This document shows, piece by piece, positions 1 through 9,318 of a stretch of 64,000 bases of DNA; the first letter of the stretch is position 1; each line of letters opens with the position of its first letter. Where the stretch lies: IMG/VR virus record IMGVR_UViG_2811995030_000001, positions 64,001-128,000 of that record; one strand, given 5' to 3'. This DNA is from a virus. Taxonomy: Duplodnaviria > Caudoviricetes. The notes beneath the pieces are model-generated. The model saw only the letters and a program-made list of their open reading frames with translations, did no database searches and was not told the origin of the DNA. The translations under genes were made by a program, and so were the position numbers.

Positions 1-85
1 TGGGAATAGCTCTATGGATTTTAATTATCATGGCCATTAAGTTAATCTTTCTATAAATAAAATAAAATATAACGAGGTGTAAAAG

Positions 86-304
86 ATGATTCCTAACAAA
101 ATTAAAATAGTTTCTAATTGTCCTCACACTGGTCAAGATGGGCTTTTACCTGAAGTCATAGGGAAAGTATTTAGTGTTGCATATTATGAGCCTCACACAA
201 AAGAAGCAAGCGTTTATAGTGAAGCCTATAAGGGAGTTATTTCTCTTAATGAAAAGGAATATGAAATTGTTAGCCGATATGTAGTAGAATATAACTCAAA
301 GTAA
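86..304 (+). CDS. hypothetical phage protein
   Basis: ORF with GAGGTG RBS; stop codon forms the left arm of a core repeat. Confidence 0.7.
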   Translation: MIPNKIKIVSNCPHTGQDGLLPEVIGKVFSVAYYEPHTKEASVYSEAYKGVISLNEKEYEIVSRYVVEYNSK

Positions 305-341
305 AGTAACAATTTTACACGAATAAAAGGGAGGGTTATAT

Positions 342-767
342 ATGAGGGAATATAGAATTTTTTATGGGATAAATGATGAGAAGAAAGAATATGAAGAAAC
401 TATGGTATTTGAAAAGGAATACGAGGCAGAATTATTTGCTCGCAGGTTGGCGTATGAAGAATATAAGAAGAGCACAGGGGCAGAAGAAGACTTATCATTT
501 CTTTATGGTGAATTTAATAGTATTGGTATATTTTCAGTCGAATGTGTAGAAGATGAGGAGTTTGAAAAGGCTACTAGAAAATGTCCATGTTGTGGCGAAG
601 ATGTACATTTTGAAAATGGAGAATTAAAATCTGAAAATCGTCAAAGTAGCTATGATAGTGATTATGGATATAGTACTGAAAAAATTCAGTTTATAGGCAG
701 ATATACGGAAAATGTGACGGCTTCAAAATGTGAAAATTGTAATTATATAATGTTATTTGCTGATTAA
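342..767 (+). CDS. hypothetical protein with C-terminal Zn ribbon
   Basis: CPCC...CENC pairs; GGGAGG RBS. Confidence 0.7.
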   Translation: MREYRIFYGINDEKKEYEETMVFEKEYEAELFARRLAYEEYKKSTGAEEDLSFLYGEFNSIGIFSVECVEDEEFEKATRKCPCCGEDVHFENGELKSENRQSSYDSDYGYSTEKIQFIGRYTENVTASKCENCNYIMLFAD

Positions 768-802
768 GTAATCATGTTATACTAATCTTAACAATAAAAG
801 GA

Positions 803-1132
803 GTGGAAAGCATGGAGGATATTTTAAAACAAATACTTGAAAAGGTTTCTAAAATTGAAAATGGATTAGATACAGTTAAGGATGATGTTAATTCATTAAA
901 GCAAGGTCAACAAGAGTCAAAAGAATTTCTTTCAGCTCTAAAAGAAGGTCAAGAACTAGCAAACGCTAAACTTACAGCACTTGAAGAAACAATGAACAAA
1001 GGATTTGATAACGTTCATTTCCGTCTTGATCGTTTAGAAAGAAGAGTAAAGATGATTGATATAGATTTAGATGAAATGTATGAACAAGCTAAGCAAAACC
1101 GAAAAGATATAGACAGATTATTAAGAAATTAA
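803..1132 (+). CDS. coiled-coil hypothetical protein
   Basis: heptad-rich helical sequence; AAGGAG RBS; downstream hairpin at 1133-1156. Confidence 0.7.
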   Translation: MESMEDILKQILEKVSKIENGLDTVKDDVNSLKQGQQESKEFLSALKEGQELANAKLTALEETMNKGFDNVHFRLDRLERRVKMIDIDLDEMYEQAKQNRKDIDRLLRN

Positions 1133-1240
1133 AGCCTACAATACGTGGGCTTCTTTCTGCATTTGAGGAGGTGGTTAGATTGGAGTAGATGGAATGTTTA
1201 TAAATTAAATCAATTACATTATAATAAGGAGTGGTATTGA

Positions 1241-1648
1241 ATGAAAGTATTGTCAAAATTAGAAAATACAAAAATGAAAGCATATATAATGATTTTAGAA
1301 GTCTATCCTAATTTACTGCCTAAAATTGAATATGAGGTATCGGAGGAATTAGAAGAACTGCTAAAACAATTAGAAATAAATGAAAAAGCTACAACCTTAT
1401 ATAATCCTCTTCAAAAAACAATATTCTTACTAGCTCACAATTATACTGTTGATGATTTATTATGGGGAATAGGAAGTGCTATTCATGAACAATTATTTAA
1501 TAGTAAAAAAGTAATTCTTCCTAAAGGAATTAAGTTTCCAGAAGCATTTGCGAAAAGTGTAGATCAAACTTTCTTTTATCAAGGTGGAATGAGTGCTGAT
1601 GCTTCAATATTAAAGAAAATGTTAGAAGATAAGCTAAAAGAGAAATAG
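1241..1648 (+). CDS. hypothetical protein
   Basis: ORF with AAGGAG RBS. Confidence 0.65.
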   Translation: MKVLSKLENTKMKAYIMILEVYPNLLPKIEYEVSEELEELLKQLEINEKATTLYNPLQKTIFLLAHNYTVDDLLWGIGSAIHEQLFNSKKVILPKGIKFPEAFAKSVDQTFFYQGGMSADASILKKMLEDKLKEK

Positions 1649-1668
1649 TAAGTATAAGAGGTGTTACC

Positions 1669-1860
1669 GTGAAAAGTTTAAACAATCAATATTACTATTG
1701 TTATAACAAATCAGTACATACATATTTACATTTAAAAAGGGGAATTCCTTTTATATGTACAGCTTTACATGAGAAGACAGGTAAAAAGTTTTGGCTATAT
1801 GAGCAAGATAATAGATTAACTAATGCGTTAAGAGATTACCAGTTAAATAAAAATAGTTAA
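1669..1860 (+). CDS. small phage protein (DUF5659-like)
   Basis: HxKTGKKFWLYE motif; GAGGTG RBS. Confidence 0.55.
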   Translation: MKSLNNQYYYCYNKSVHTYLHLKRGIPFICTALHEKTGKKFWLYEQDNRLTNALRDYQLNKNS

Positions 1861-1863
1861 ATA

Positions 1864-1961
1864 GCTGCGTGGATGGTTTGGAAACCTGCGCAGCAAGGTT
1901 AATATAAGACACGCCAGTGGATTATATTAATAACAGGTTTCCAAGGTCTTAACATCCACTG
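1864..1961 (+). promoter_or_regulatory. long imperfect hairpin / structured leader upstream of the RepL-like gene
   Basis: GTGGATG/CATCCAC, TTGGAAACCTG/CAGGTTTCCAA (11 bp) and TTAATATAA/TTATATTAA (9 bp) nested stems. Confidence 0.7.
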
Positions 1962-2000
1962 TTAAACGAATAAAGTTAAACTAAAGGAGATGCTTTTATA

Positions 2001-2534
2001 TTGGGACAAAGTAGACAAGAATTTCTTCAAGAACTTCAAGAAGTAGGCCAAATTATTGTTAATAATGCTATTAAAGATCATATGGAGGCTCATGACTATA
2101 AAGAAACAGGCTACGATATAAGCATCAAGATAAACGATCATAATCAAGTTCCGTGGAAGAGGAATGCTCTTTTTAGTAAAGTATTTGTGAAGGAGTTGGA
2201 AAATAAAATGAAGAAAAGAGAACTTACACTTGAACAAGTTGGCTTATTGACTTGTTTATCAGCCAGACTTGATATAAAAGATAATGAAAGTGTATTAAGG
2301 AATTCAGATGGTAGCTATATGTCTCAACAAGATATTTCTGAATATGTAGGATGGAGCAGAAATAAAACACATGAAACAATTAAACTATTGGTACAGTCTA
2401 AAATGTTATTTACTAAGCCACAAGAAGAGAATAAACGAAAAAAGAAATACTATCTTAATCCTAAAGTTTTCTATAGTGGAACATTTATTAATACATATTT
2501 TAAAGATGAAATTGAGAAGGAAATTAATAAATAA
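2001..2534 (+). CDS. RepL-like winged-HTH replication/maintenance protein
   Basis: HTH SQQDISEYVGWSRNKTHETIKLL followed by YYLNPKVFYSG. Confidence 0.6.
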   Translation: MGQSRQEFLQELQEVGQIIVNNAIKDHMEAHDYKETGYDISIKINDHNQVPWKRNALFSKVFVKELENKMKKRELTLEQVGLLTCLSARLDIKDNESVLRNSDGSYMSQQDISEYVGWSRNKTHETIKLLVQSKMLFTKPQEENKRKKKYYLNPKVFYSGTFINTYFKDEIEKEINK

Positions 2535-2734
2535 TAAATTGTCGGGAGATATTAAGAAGACTTTTTAGGGGTAAAATGACGAAACTCCAACAGCCACAAG
2601 GGATTTAACGATTTTAACATACCCAAAAGTAAGTGCATGTTGTTTTTATAAACGTTGATATAGCAACACCAATTTTCTAACATACCCTATATGAGGGGCA
2701 TATTAAACGATATAAAATACATAAGAGTAAACAC

Positions 2735-2758
2735 AGATCACTAAAAGTGGTCTTTTTT
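2735..2758 (+). terminator. intrinsic terminator
   Basis: AGATCACT-aaa-AGTGGTCT followed by a T-tract. Confidence 0.7.
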
Positions 2759-2886
2759 ATATTCCAATAAATCACGTATTTTACGGATAATTTGAACACA
2801 TTTTAATTCAATAAAAGGAATTAAACTAACAAAAAATGAATACATATTTGTATATACCTTTCACTTATAAAAAGGAGGAGTAATAT

Positions 2887-3678
2887 ATGCAAAGTAAAAC
2901 TGTATCTAAACGAACAGACAAAAATAAAGTCAACGCTAAGAAAAAGGAACTTAAACGAATAGCCTTAGAGCACAAAGAATACTTTTCAAAAGTATCAGTA
3001 TGGGATAAATACGCAAGAGAGAACAATTTACCATTAAGTCATCAATTTCAATATTACTTTGAGTCTTGGCATAATGCTAAAATAGAAATAGGTTTATCAA
3101 AAGAGGCAGAAAGCTCTTTAGCTGGCGGATACTCATTTTCAGATGAAGAGCTATTAGAAATCGGGAAGCGGTATATGACTGCTTCCATGGGAACAATTGA
3201 GTGGGATTGCTTAGCAAGGAAAAATAACCTTCCAAGATACAGTGCTTTTGCTAGGAGATTTGGAAGTTGGGAGCAAACTAAAAAAGTTATGGGATTGACG
3301 AAATTTAAAACAACAGAGGAATTATTGAGAATTCTTAAAGAAAACGAAAAATATCTTGAGACTGTTAAAAAATGGAGTAAGTATGCAGAAAAGAGTGGAT
3401 TACCTTCACATAGGCAACTGATGAGGATTTTTAAATGTAATTGGACAGATGTAAAAAGAAGAGTAAGGGAGGCTGCTCAGGTGGAAAGCAGAGAGTATTC
3501 AGATGTAGAAATTATATCTTTATTAGTAAAACACTTTCCATCCATCGTTGACAAATCATATTATCAAATTTACGCAAAAGAACACAGGCTTCCTTCTATG
3601 GATATTATCATGGATAGACTCAGGGAGATTGAGAAAATGGAGGATGGCAACTTTATCAAATTTCTTAAAAATAATTAA
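2887..3678 (+). CDS. homing-endonuclease-associated repeat protein with no nuclease domain evident
   Basis: 3-4 repeats such as LPRYSAFARRFGSWEQTKKVMGL and LPLSHQFQYYFESWHNAKIEIGL. Confidence 0.65.
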   Translation: MQSKTVSKRTDKNKVNAKKKELKRIALEHKEYFSKVSVWDKYARENNLPLSHQFQYYFESWHNAKIEIGLSKEAESSLAGGYSFSDEELLEIGKRYMTASMGTIEWDCLARKNNLPRYSAFARRFGSWEQTKKVMGLTKFKTTEELLRILKENEKYLETVKKWSKYAEKSGLPSHRQLMRIFKCNWTDVKRRVREAAQVESREYSDVEIISLLVKHFPSIVDKSYYQIYAKEHRLPSMDIIMDRLREIEKMEDGNFIKFLKNN

Positions 3679-3714
3679 ATTTCAGTCATAAATTAGATGA
3701 GGTATCGTATACTG

Positions 3715-3972
3715 TAGTGTAAGGTGAAATCAAGAATGCTTACAATGACACTTAAAACTGTAGTCCTATCTTTCTTGGGAGGGAAAAGGTGAGGCTGCAA
3801 CTTAAAAGAGAAAGCTTACTAGATAAGCTAAGAGGTTTTGACATGGGTCTGTCAAAAGCAATCCTCAATATTTAGGTATCAAAGAATTTATCTGCAATTA
3901 ACTTTAGTCCATCTATGAAACCAAAAAAGAATTTCTTGCTAAAAGGCTGTCAGTTAATCTGGCGGTCTTTTT
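3715..3972 (+). ncRNA. candidate structured RNA, possibly carrying a 28-aa sORF at 3789-3875
   Basis: stems AGCTTA/TAAGCT and GAGG-TTTTGACA/TGTCAAAA-CCTC; TATACT at 3708; terminator at 3941-3972. Confidence 0.35.
3941..3972 (+). terminator. intrinsic terminator
   Basis: AAAGGCTGTCAG-ttaat-CTGGCGGTCTTT followed by a T-tract. Confidence 0.75.
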
Positions 3973-4084
3973 AATTTGTTTATAGTATAAATTATTCAGA
4001 ATAATTGTAAAAATATGTTGATAGTTTTGTATAAATGTTATAATATGTTTATTGTTGTAACATATTGCAGGGGAGGAAATTACT

Positions 4085-4606
4085 ATGAAAAACTTGAAAA
4101 AACTTTGTGCAGGTATTATGGCCTGTGGATTTGTGCTTGGAGTAGGTAATGTAACTACACAAGCAGCTCCATCAGACGATAAAAACTGTATCGACTTCAA
4201 AGGGGACAAGCAAGCTCTTATGGATTTTTGGTATCAAAACGGATACAATGCTAACAATGATCCTCATGACTTAGACCGTGACAATGACGGCCTACCATGT
4301 GAGACAACTAAAGGCGAATGGGATCAATATGTTGCAGAAAAAGAAGAAGCTAAGAAAGAAGATTCTGCTACAGAGGAAACAACTAAGCAAGAAGAATCAA
4401 CTTCAACAACTCCAGCTACAACTGAAGAAAAATCAGATGATGATAAACAATCAACAGTAACTACAACTAAAGAAGAATCAACTGAAACAAAAGAACAAGG
4501 TGAGGCACTTCCTAACACTGCAACAAATGACGTTGCTATGATGGGACTAGCTGGCCTTATGGCTGCTGCTGGTGGAGTGTTAATGTTTAAACGTAGAAAG
4601 AAATAA
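4085..4606 (+). CDS. sortase-anchored surface protein with Excalibur Ca-binding domain
   Basis: signal peptide, DKNC.DF...DLDRDNDGLPCE, T/E-rich stalk, LPNTA + hydrophobic segment + KRRKK tail. Confidence 0.85.
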   Translation: MKNLKKLCAGIMACGFVLGVGNVTTQAAPSDDKNCIDFKGDKQALMDFWYQNGYNANNDPHDLDRDNDGLPCETTKGEWDQYVAEKEEAKKEDSATEETTKQEESTSTTPATTEEKSDDDKQSTVTTTKEESTETKEQGEALPNTATNDVAMMGLAGLMAAAGGVLMFKRRKK

Positions 4607-4653
4607 TAGATGCAACTAAGAGACAGGTTAATCCCTGTCTTTTCTTTATAGAG

Positions 4654-5253
4654 GTGATAAAACTGAAACGTTTCATAGGATTTATTTTAATTGTGGCTGC
4701 ATTAGTAATAGGATTAAACTCTTTTCTAAATTGGCATCAAGGGAAATCAGCAGCTCAAGAATTAACGCAAGCAGAAGTTAAACAATATAAAGCATCTTCA
4801 ACAACTACAAATGAGCAGGAAACTAAACAAATTCCATCCTCTAGTGTAAGTCATAATAAAGGTGATAAAGTGGCTATGCTCATGATTCCTTCACTTGGAA
4901 AGAAGTATTCTGTGTATTGGGGAACAGATGAAGATAGTCTGAAAAAGGGTGTAGGAATGTTTGTAAGCTACACAACAACAACTCCTAGTGGTAATGGTCA
5001 TACTGTTTTAAGTGGTCATAGAGACACAGTATTTGCTGAATTAGGGGAACTTAAGGAAGGTAATACTTTAGTTGTTAAATATGATGACGAATATTACACA
5101 TACGAGATAACAAAAACATGGATTGTTGATAAGGATGATAGAAGCGTTATTGTAAAGAAAGATAAATCTACGCTAACTCTTACAACATGCTATCCTTTTC
5201 AATATGTAGGAAATGCACCAGAGCGATATATTATACAAGCTAAACGAATGTAG
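4654..5253 (+). CDS. class D sortase
   Basis: N-terminal TM, LSGHRDT, LTLTTCYPF...R catalytic motifs. Confidence 0.9.
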   Translation: MIKLKRFIGFILIVAALVIGLNSFLNWHQGKSAAQELTQAEVKQYKASSTTTNEQETKQIPSSSVSHNKGDKVAMLMIPSLGKKYSVYWGTDEDSLKKGVGMFVSYTTTTPSGNGHTVLSGHRDTVFAELGELKEGNTLVVKYDDEYYTYEITKTWIVDKDDRSVIVKKDKSTLTLTTCYPFQYVGNAPERYIIQAKRM

Positions 5254-5377
5254 TTATATTATCTATTCCAAATAGGCATAGAAGAATATGGTATCTAGAA
5301 GGAATTTTCATGTAATTTAAAGAATATAATATAACAAAGAATAAGAGCTTCAAGCAAAACGCCTGAAGCTTTTTAAA

Positions 5378-5572
5378 TTACTTATAATCAAATATATCAT
5401 TAGGCGTACACTCCAAGGCTGTACAAATTAAATGTAGTAAATCAAATTTTATGGATTCAGTTTTATTGTCGGCCAACTTACACAAGTTGTGATATTGCAT
5501 ACCTATTTCTTTAGCTAACCAGTAACGAGTTTTACTTTTTTCTTTTAGTAGATCATCAATCATTATTTTCAA
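5378..5572 (-). CDS. Cro/XRE HTH regulator (YozG-like)
   Basis: RYWLAKEIG...ICTALECTPNDIF; paralog at 42660-42863. Confidence 0.85.
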   Translation of the reverse strand: MKIMIDDLLKEKSKTRYWLAKEIGMQYHNLCKLADNKTESIKFDLLHLICTALECTPNDIFDYK

Positions 5573-5618
5573 TATTAAACACCTCAGAGAACATTGTAAA
5601 ATAAATATATACTTTTCG

Positions 5619-5660
5619 CAATATATACCGTTGACAGTATATAAAATAATGTAGTATAGT
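5619..5660 (+). promoter_or_regulatory. sigma-A promoter with a putative operator for the divergent HTH protein
   Basis: TTGACA 5631 and TATAGT 5655; 25-nt box 21/25 identical to 42910-42934. Confidence 0.6.
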
Positions 5661-5713
5661 ATTATCAGATGAGGGAAAACGGAGAATTAAATTAATAAAA
5701 TCAATTACAGGAG

Positions 5714-6145
5714 GTGCTGATAATGGGCATTAAAAGTATGGAAGTTAAAACTTTTGAAGATGTAGGTTTCCATTATGTGAAAGCGTTTATTAAGCACATA
5801 TCAGAAAATTTATTTGACCTTAAAGTCAACGCAACTGAATTGTTAGAGGAAAATAAAGAAGTAAATGAAGAACATATTGAACAAGAAAACAAAGTGATTG
5901 TCATGAAAAAAGTAGTGGATGACGTACATATTATAAGCATTGATCTACATAATAAACTATTCGGTTCTCTAGTTATCTACGGTGAATTCCAAGGGTTAAA
6001 TATGGTTGGAGATATTAAAGCTTCTTATGAGCCAATACATGAACATGTAACACTGATTGATTTAATTGTTGACTTTGAGGAAGAGTATGAAATTATTCAA
6101 GAGTTAAATAAAAAGGAGATAAAACTCATTAAATTTCTAACTTAA
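5714..6145 (+). CDS. hypothetical protein
   Basis: ORF with GGAGG RBS. Confidence 0.7.
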   Translation: MLIMGIKSMEVKTFEDVGFHYVKAFIKHISENLFDLKVNATELLEENKEVNEEHIEQENKVIVMKKVVDDVHIISIDLHNKLFGSLVIYGEFQGLNMVGDIKASYEPIHEHVTLIDLIVDFEEEYEIIQELNKKEIKLIKFLT

Positions 6146-6264
6146 TAACAAAAATAAATTACTTATTGATAAATTACAAAAGAACAAGTATAATAGGCTT
6201 ATAGAAGAAAATGGGTTACTATACTAAATAAGGAGGATATTGAACGGTAAAGGAGAGGCTGCTT

Positions 6265-6483
6265 ATGATGAAAAAGGTTAGGATTCCAAACAGAGATATA
6301 TACGGTTACATAATAGGAGTTAAAAAGGTAAAAGTAAATTGGAGATGTCCTTATTGTGGGGAGAAGATGGGAGAAACAAAACCATACACTTTCTACGAAA
6401 AAGGAAAGAGATACACAATAGATATTTGGTATAATAAATGCGGTCATGCAGTAAAACATCATGATCTAGAAATTATTAAATAG
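6265..6483 (+). CDS. small Zn-ribbon protein
   Basis: CPYC...CGH. Confidence 0.7.
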   Translation: MMKKVRIPNRDIYGYIIGVKKVKVNWRCPYCGEKMGETKPYTFYEKGKRYTIDIWYNKCGHAVKHHDLEIIK

Positions 6484-6514
6484 AAGTCTAATCTTATACA
6501 AGGAGTGATTTTAC

Positions 6515-6661
6515 ATGAATAAAGAAGAAAAAGAAATAGTTAAGTATGATGATAAATGGTGGATGTTAGAAAAAGTATCTGATAACAATATGGCCACTAT
6601 TTGGAGAAATGGGCAATCTGCAATAGTATCTATAACTGAAGTGGTGAGAAAAAGTAAATAG
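6515..6661 (+). CDS. 48-aa hypothetical protein between two core repeats
   Basis: AGGAGTG RBS, MNKEEKEIVKYDDKWWML...; repeats at 6481 and 6659. Confidence 0.6.
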   Translation: MNKEEKEIVKYDDKWWMLEKVSDNNMATIWRNGQSAIVSITEVVRKSK

Positions 6662-6695
6662 AATTCTAATTCTACACAGAAAGGGCTGATAAGAA

Positions 6696-6887
6696 TTGAA
6701 TGAAATGTTTTGGCTGCATCAGTATGCATTCTATTTAGACAATCAGATAAGCTTATTGCGAGAAGAGAGAAAGCTCACTAATTTAAGAACAGAACAGGCT
6801 GAGGATGTAATTGAATGTTTATCTAAAAATAAAATTGATATGGAATATGTAAATGCAGAGCAAGTAAATTTAATACTAATTAATTAA
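6696..6887 (+). CDS. hypothetical protein
   Basis: ORF whose stop codon forms the core repeat at 6885. Confidence 0.5.
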   Translation: MNEMFWLHQYAFYLDNQISLLREERKLTNLRTEQAEDVIECLSKNKIDMEYVNAEQVNLILIN

Positions 6888-6921
6888 AAGGTTGATTTTA
6901 CATTGATAAGGAGGGAAATTA

Positions 6922-7188
6922 ATGGAAGTCGGTGAATGGGTAAAAGTTAATAATAAAATGGGATTCATTGTTTACAAAAATCACCTAGAGACTTCAATAA
7001 AAGTTAAATTTGGACTTAAAAATAGTGAAGTATTTTCTAAAGATCAGTTATCATTTACTGATAATCAGTTATTAAAGGAAGATATTCATACTTTGCAATT
7101 ATTAGCCTTGGAGACAAATGACAAAGATTGGTTTGAGGAGTTAGGAAGATTAAAAATGAAGGGAGTTGGGATAAATGGGAAGATATAG
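6922..7188 (+). CDS. IDEAL-domain protein
   Basis: C-terminal LQLLALETNDKDWFEEL. Confidence 0.65.
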   Translation: MEVGEWVKVNNKMGFIVYKNHLETSIKVKFGLKNSEVFSKDQLSFTDNQLLKEDIHTLQLLALETNDKDWFEELGRLKMKGVGINGKI

Positions 7189-7378
7189 ATTTGAACCAGA
7201 TCAGGAATTAAAAGAGCTACTTAAAAAAGCGCAATTAGAATTAAAAGAAATTACTTCAGTTTTACAAGGGGATAAATCAATAGATAGTAAAGATGAATTT
7301 AATGACTTCTTTGATAAGATGAGAGATTATGAAGATTTAGCTCATGACATATTAGTGAAAGCAAATGATTGTTGGTAG
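7175..7378 (+). CDS. hypothetical protein
   Basis: overlapping co-oriented ORF with RBS. Confidence 0.6.
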   Translation: MGRYRFEPDQELKELLKKAQLELKEITSVLQGDKSIDSKDEFNDFFDKMRDYEDLAHDILVKANDCW

Positions 7379-7425
7379 TAATTTAAATAAATGTTCTATT
7401 TTCTACAGAAGGGAGGAACATGTGT

Positions 7426-7578
7426 ATGAATATAGGTGATAAAGTTCTTTTTTACTCTGGAATTCATCAAAACTTTATTGAGGGTGTAATTATTAGCTCT
7501 AGATTTGAGACGTATGGTATTGACACAGGAATGAGTGTGGTGATTTATAAGCATAAAGATGAATTACGAAAAGTATAG
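7426..7578 (+). CDS. 50-aa hypothetical protein
   Basis: GGGAGG RBS; MNIGDKVLF... Confidence 0.6.
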   Translation: MNIGDKVLFYSGIHQNFIEGVIISSRFETYGIDTGMSVVIYKHKDELRKV

Positions 7579-7611
7579 ATAAAATCCTATTCTGCAAAAA
7601 GGAGAGGTGTT

Positions 7612-7731
7612 ATGAGAATATTTACAACAATGTGCAGGAATAAAGAGTGTAAGCACAAGGAATTAAAAATTTTCCCTATCAGAGATTGTGAAAAATGTGG
7701 TGGGAAATGTGATGTTTACGTCTTTAGGTAG
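7612..7731 (+). CDS. 39-aa Cys-rich protein
   Basis: GAGGTG RBS; CRNKEC...CEKC. Confidence 0.55.
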   Translation: MRIFTTMCRNKECKHKELKIFPIRDCEKCGGKCDVYVFR

Positions 7732-7760
7732 AGCTATGATTACATATAAGGAGAGATGAT

Positions 7761-7895
7761 ATGGACGATTGTAAGCATGAAAGCATTGAGAAAAACTCGT
7801 ATCCAATTTCTCATTATGGTGCATGGAAAGTGGTGACAGTAGAGCAGTGTGAAGATTGTGGAGAGATTCTTAATGAAGAGTCAAAGGAACTATAA
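7761..7895 (+). CDS. 44-aa Zn-ribbon-like protein
   Basis: AAGGAG RBS; CKH...CEDC. Confidence 0.55.
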   Translation: MDDCKHESIEKNSYPISHYGAWKVVTVEQCEDCGEILNEESKEL

Positions 7896-7909
7896 AAAGG
7901 AGAGATGAT

Positions 7910-8182
7910 ATGATTTTAAAAGTATTTAAAACAGAAAATAAAATAGAGCGAGATAAAACAATGGATGAATTGAATGAATGGGGAGCGAAAGTTTTTAACG
8001 ATGCATACAAATACTATTCAGATTTAGCGAGAAATGAGAATGAAAATGTGTTTAAGATATTTGATGACTGGTGGAAAGGTAAATGCGTTTCTACTGAAGA
8101 ATATATGAGTAAGCATACAAAAGAAAATAATGACTTAGCATACGGAATTATTATGACAGCTATTTCAAATGGATTTGGATGA
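7910..8182 (+). CDS. hypothetical protein
   Basis: ORF with AAGGAG RBS. Confidence 0.65.
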   Translation: MILKVFKTENKIERDKTMDELNEWGAKVFNDAYKYYSDLARNENENVFKIFDDWWKGKCVSTEEYMSKHTKENNDLAYGIIMTAISNGFG

Positions 8183-8405
8183 TATAATTAAATTAAAAAG
8201 GAAGAAGGAGATATTAATGAAAAAGCCTCAAACAAGTTTAGCAGATTTAATAAAGGTTGAGCGTGAAAAGAAATTAGAGGAGTATAGAAATTCATCTGAT
8301 AAAGATGTTAACCATTACTATAAGCCGAACACTACTTTAGCTGAGAGATTAGGAGTAAAAGAAGATGAGTTAGTTATTAATGAAGATGAAGAGGAGGACG
8401 ATTAA
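8169..8405 (+). CDS. hypothetical protein (start may be the downstream Met, MKKPQ)
   Basis: ORF; AAGGAG RBS before the internal ATG. Confidence 0.55.
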   Translation: MDLDDIIKLKRKKEILMKKPQTSLADLIKVEREKKLEEYRNSSDKDVNHYYKPNTTLAERLGVKEDELVINEDEEEDD

Positions 8406-8480
8406 TCCTTTTCTCTTCATTCTGTAAAATACCGATTTTAAATAAAATAAAATACGTAAAAAGAGGGAGAAGAAGCAACA

Positions 8481-8819
8481 TTGACGTTAATGAATGAAGG
8501 GAATACGGGAATTCTTAAAGAAATGAGTAAACTTTTGAAGGAAATCGAGATACAAAAAGCAGGACTTAATAAATTAAGCGCTGAAATACAGGAAAGTATG
8601 GATAAGTTTAAGGTTGAGATTAAAGAAAATATGAGTAATTTTAGGACGGAAACTAATAAAGGTATGAATAATTCACAAAATAGTATGAGTGAGGAGTTTC
8701 AACAACTTAATATTAAAGTTGATAAGCTACAAACTGATATGTTAACAGAAATGAAAAAGATCAATGACAAGATTGCTGAGCAGAATAGTTTATTGAGTAT
8801 TAAATTATTTGGTAAATAG
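8481..8819 (+). CDS. coiled-coil hypothetical protein
   Basis: heptad pattern; RBS. Confidence 0.65.
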   Translation: MTLMNEGNTGILKEMSKLLKEIEIQKAGLNKLSAEIQESMDKFKVEIKENMSNFRTETNKGMNNSQNSMSEEFQQLNIKVDKLQTDMLTEMKKINDKIAEQNSLLSIKLFGK

Positions 8820-8834
8820 GGGAGGAAGATTAAT

Positions 8835-9275
8835 ATGGGATTCGATATTTATTTTGAAGAGAAGCTCTTACATGTTACTCATGAGTTCATGGATTTTATT
8901 AGTTGTGGCGATAATGAATGTTATTTCGGAAGGAATAGAGAGAATTATGATGAAGAGGGATTCGCAATCTCAGGTGATAGCCATCTAGAAAACTCAACGG
9001 ATTTATTGGGACTTGTAAAGGAAGCTAAAAAACATGGGTTAGAAGTTCAGCTTATTGAAGATAAATCATTTGATTGGAGAACCGCTCTGTACATAAAGAA
9101 ATCTGTAGAACAAATAGAGCAAAAATATCGGATAGTCTACAAGAATTTAAAGTTGAATAAAATGTACGATATAAAATGTGTTGATAAAGTATATGAGACA
9201 ATAAAGAAAATGGAAGACAAAGGTGAAGTGCAGATTATAGTTGACGAGCGAAAGGAGTTAGGAGTCAGTCAATAG
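8835..9275 (+). CDS. hypothetical protein
   Basis: GGAGG RBS. Confidence 0.7.
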   Translation: MGFDIYFEEKLLHVTHEFMDFISCGDNECYFGRNRENYDEEGFAISGDSHLENSTDLLGLVKEAKKHGLEVQLIEDKSFDWRTALYIKKSVEQIEQKYRIVYKNLKLNKMYDIKCVDKVYETIKKMEDKGEVQIIVDERKELGVSQ

Positions 9276-9318
9276 ATTATAGAAAATGTCAGGTTTCTAT
9301 AAGATTAGGAGGGAATTA

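Noticed and set aside
2650-2670. AAACGTTGATATAGCAAC as a third arm-core pair
   Set aside because: No TAAAA-N6-TTTTA core at the 41-nt distance; it may belong to the RepL-associated repeats
7748-7912. AAGGAGAGATGATATG repeated at about 7748 and 7897
   Set aside because: Explained by shared RBS/start context; only two copies
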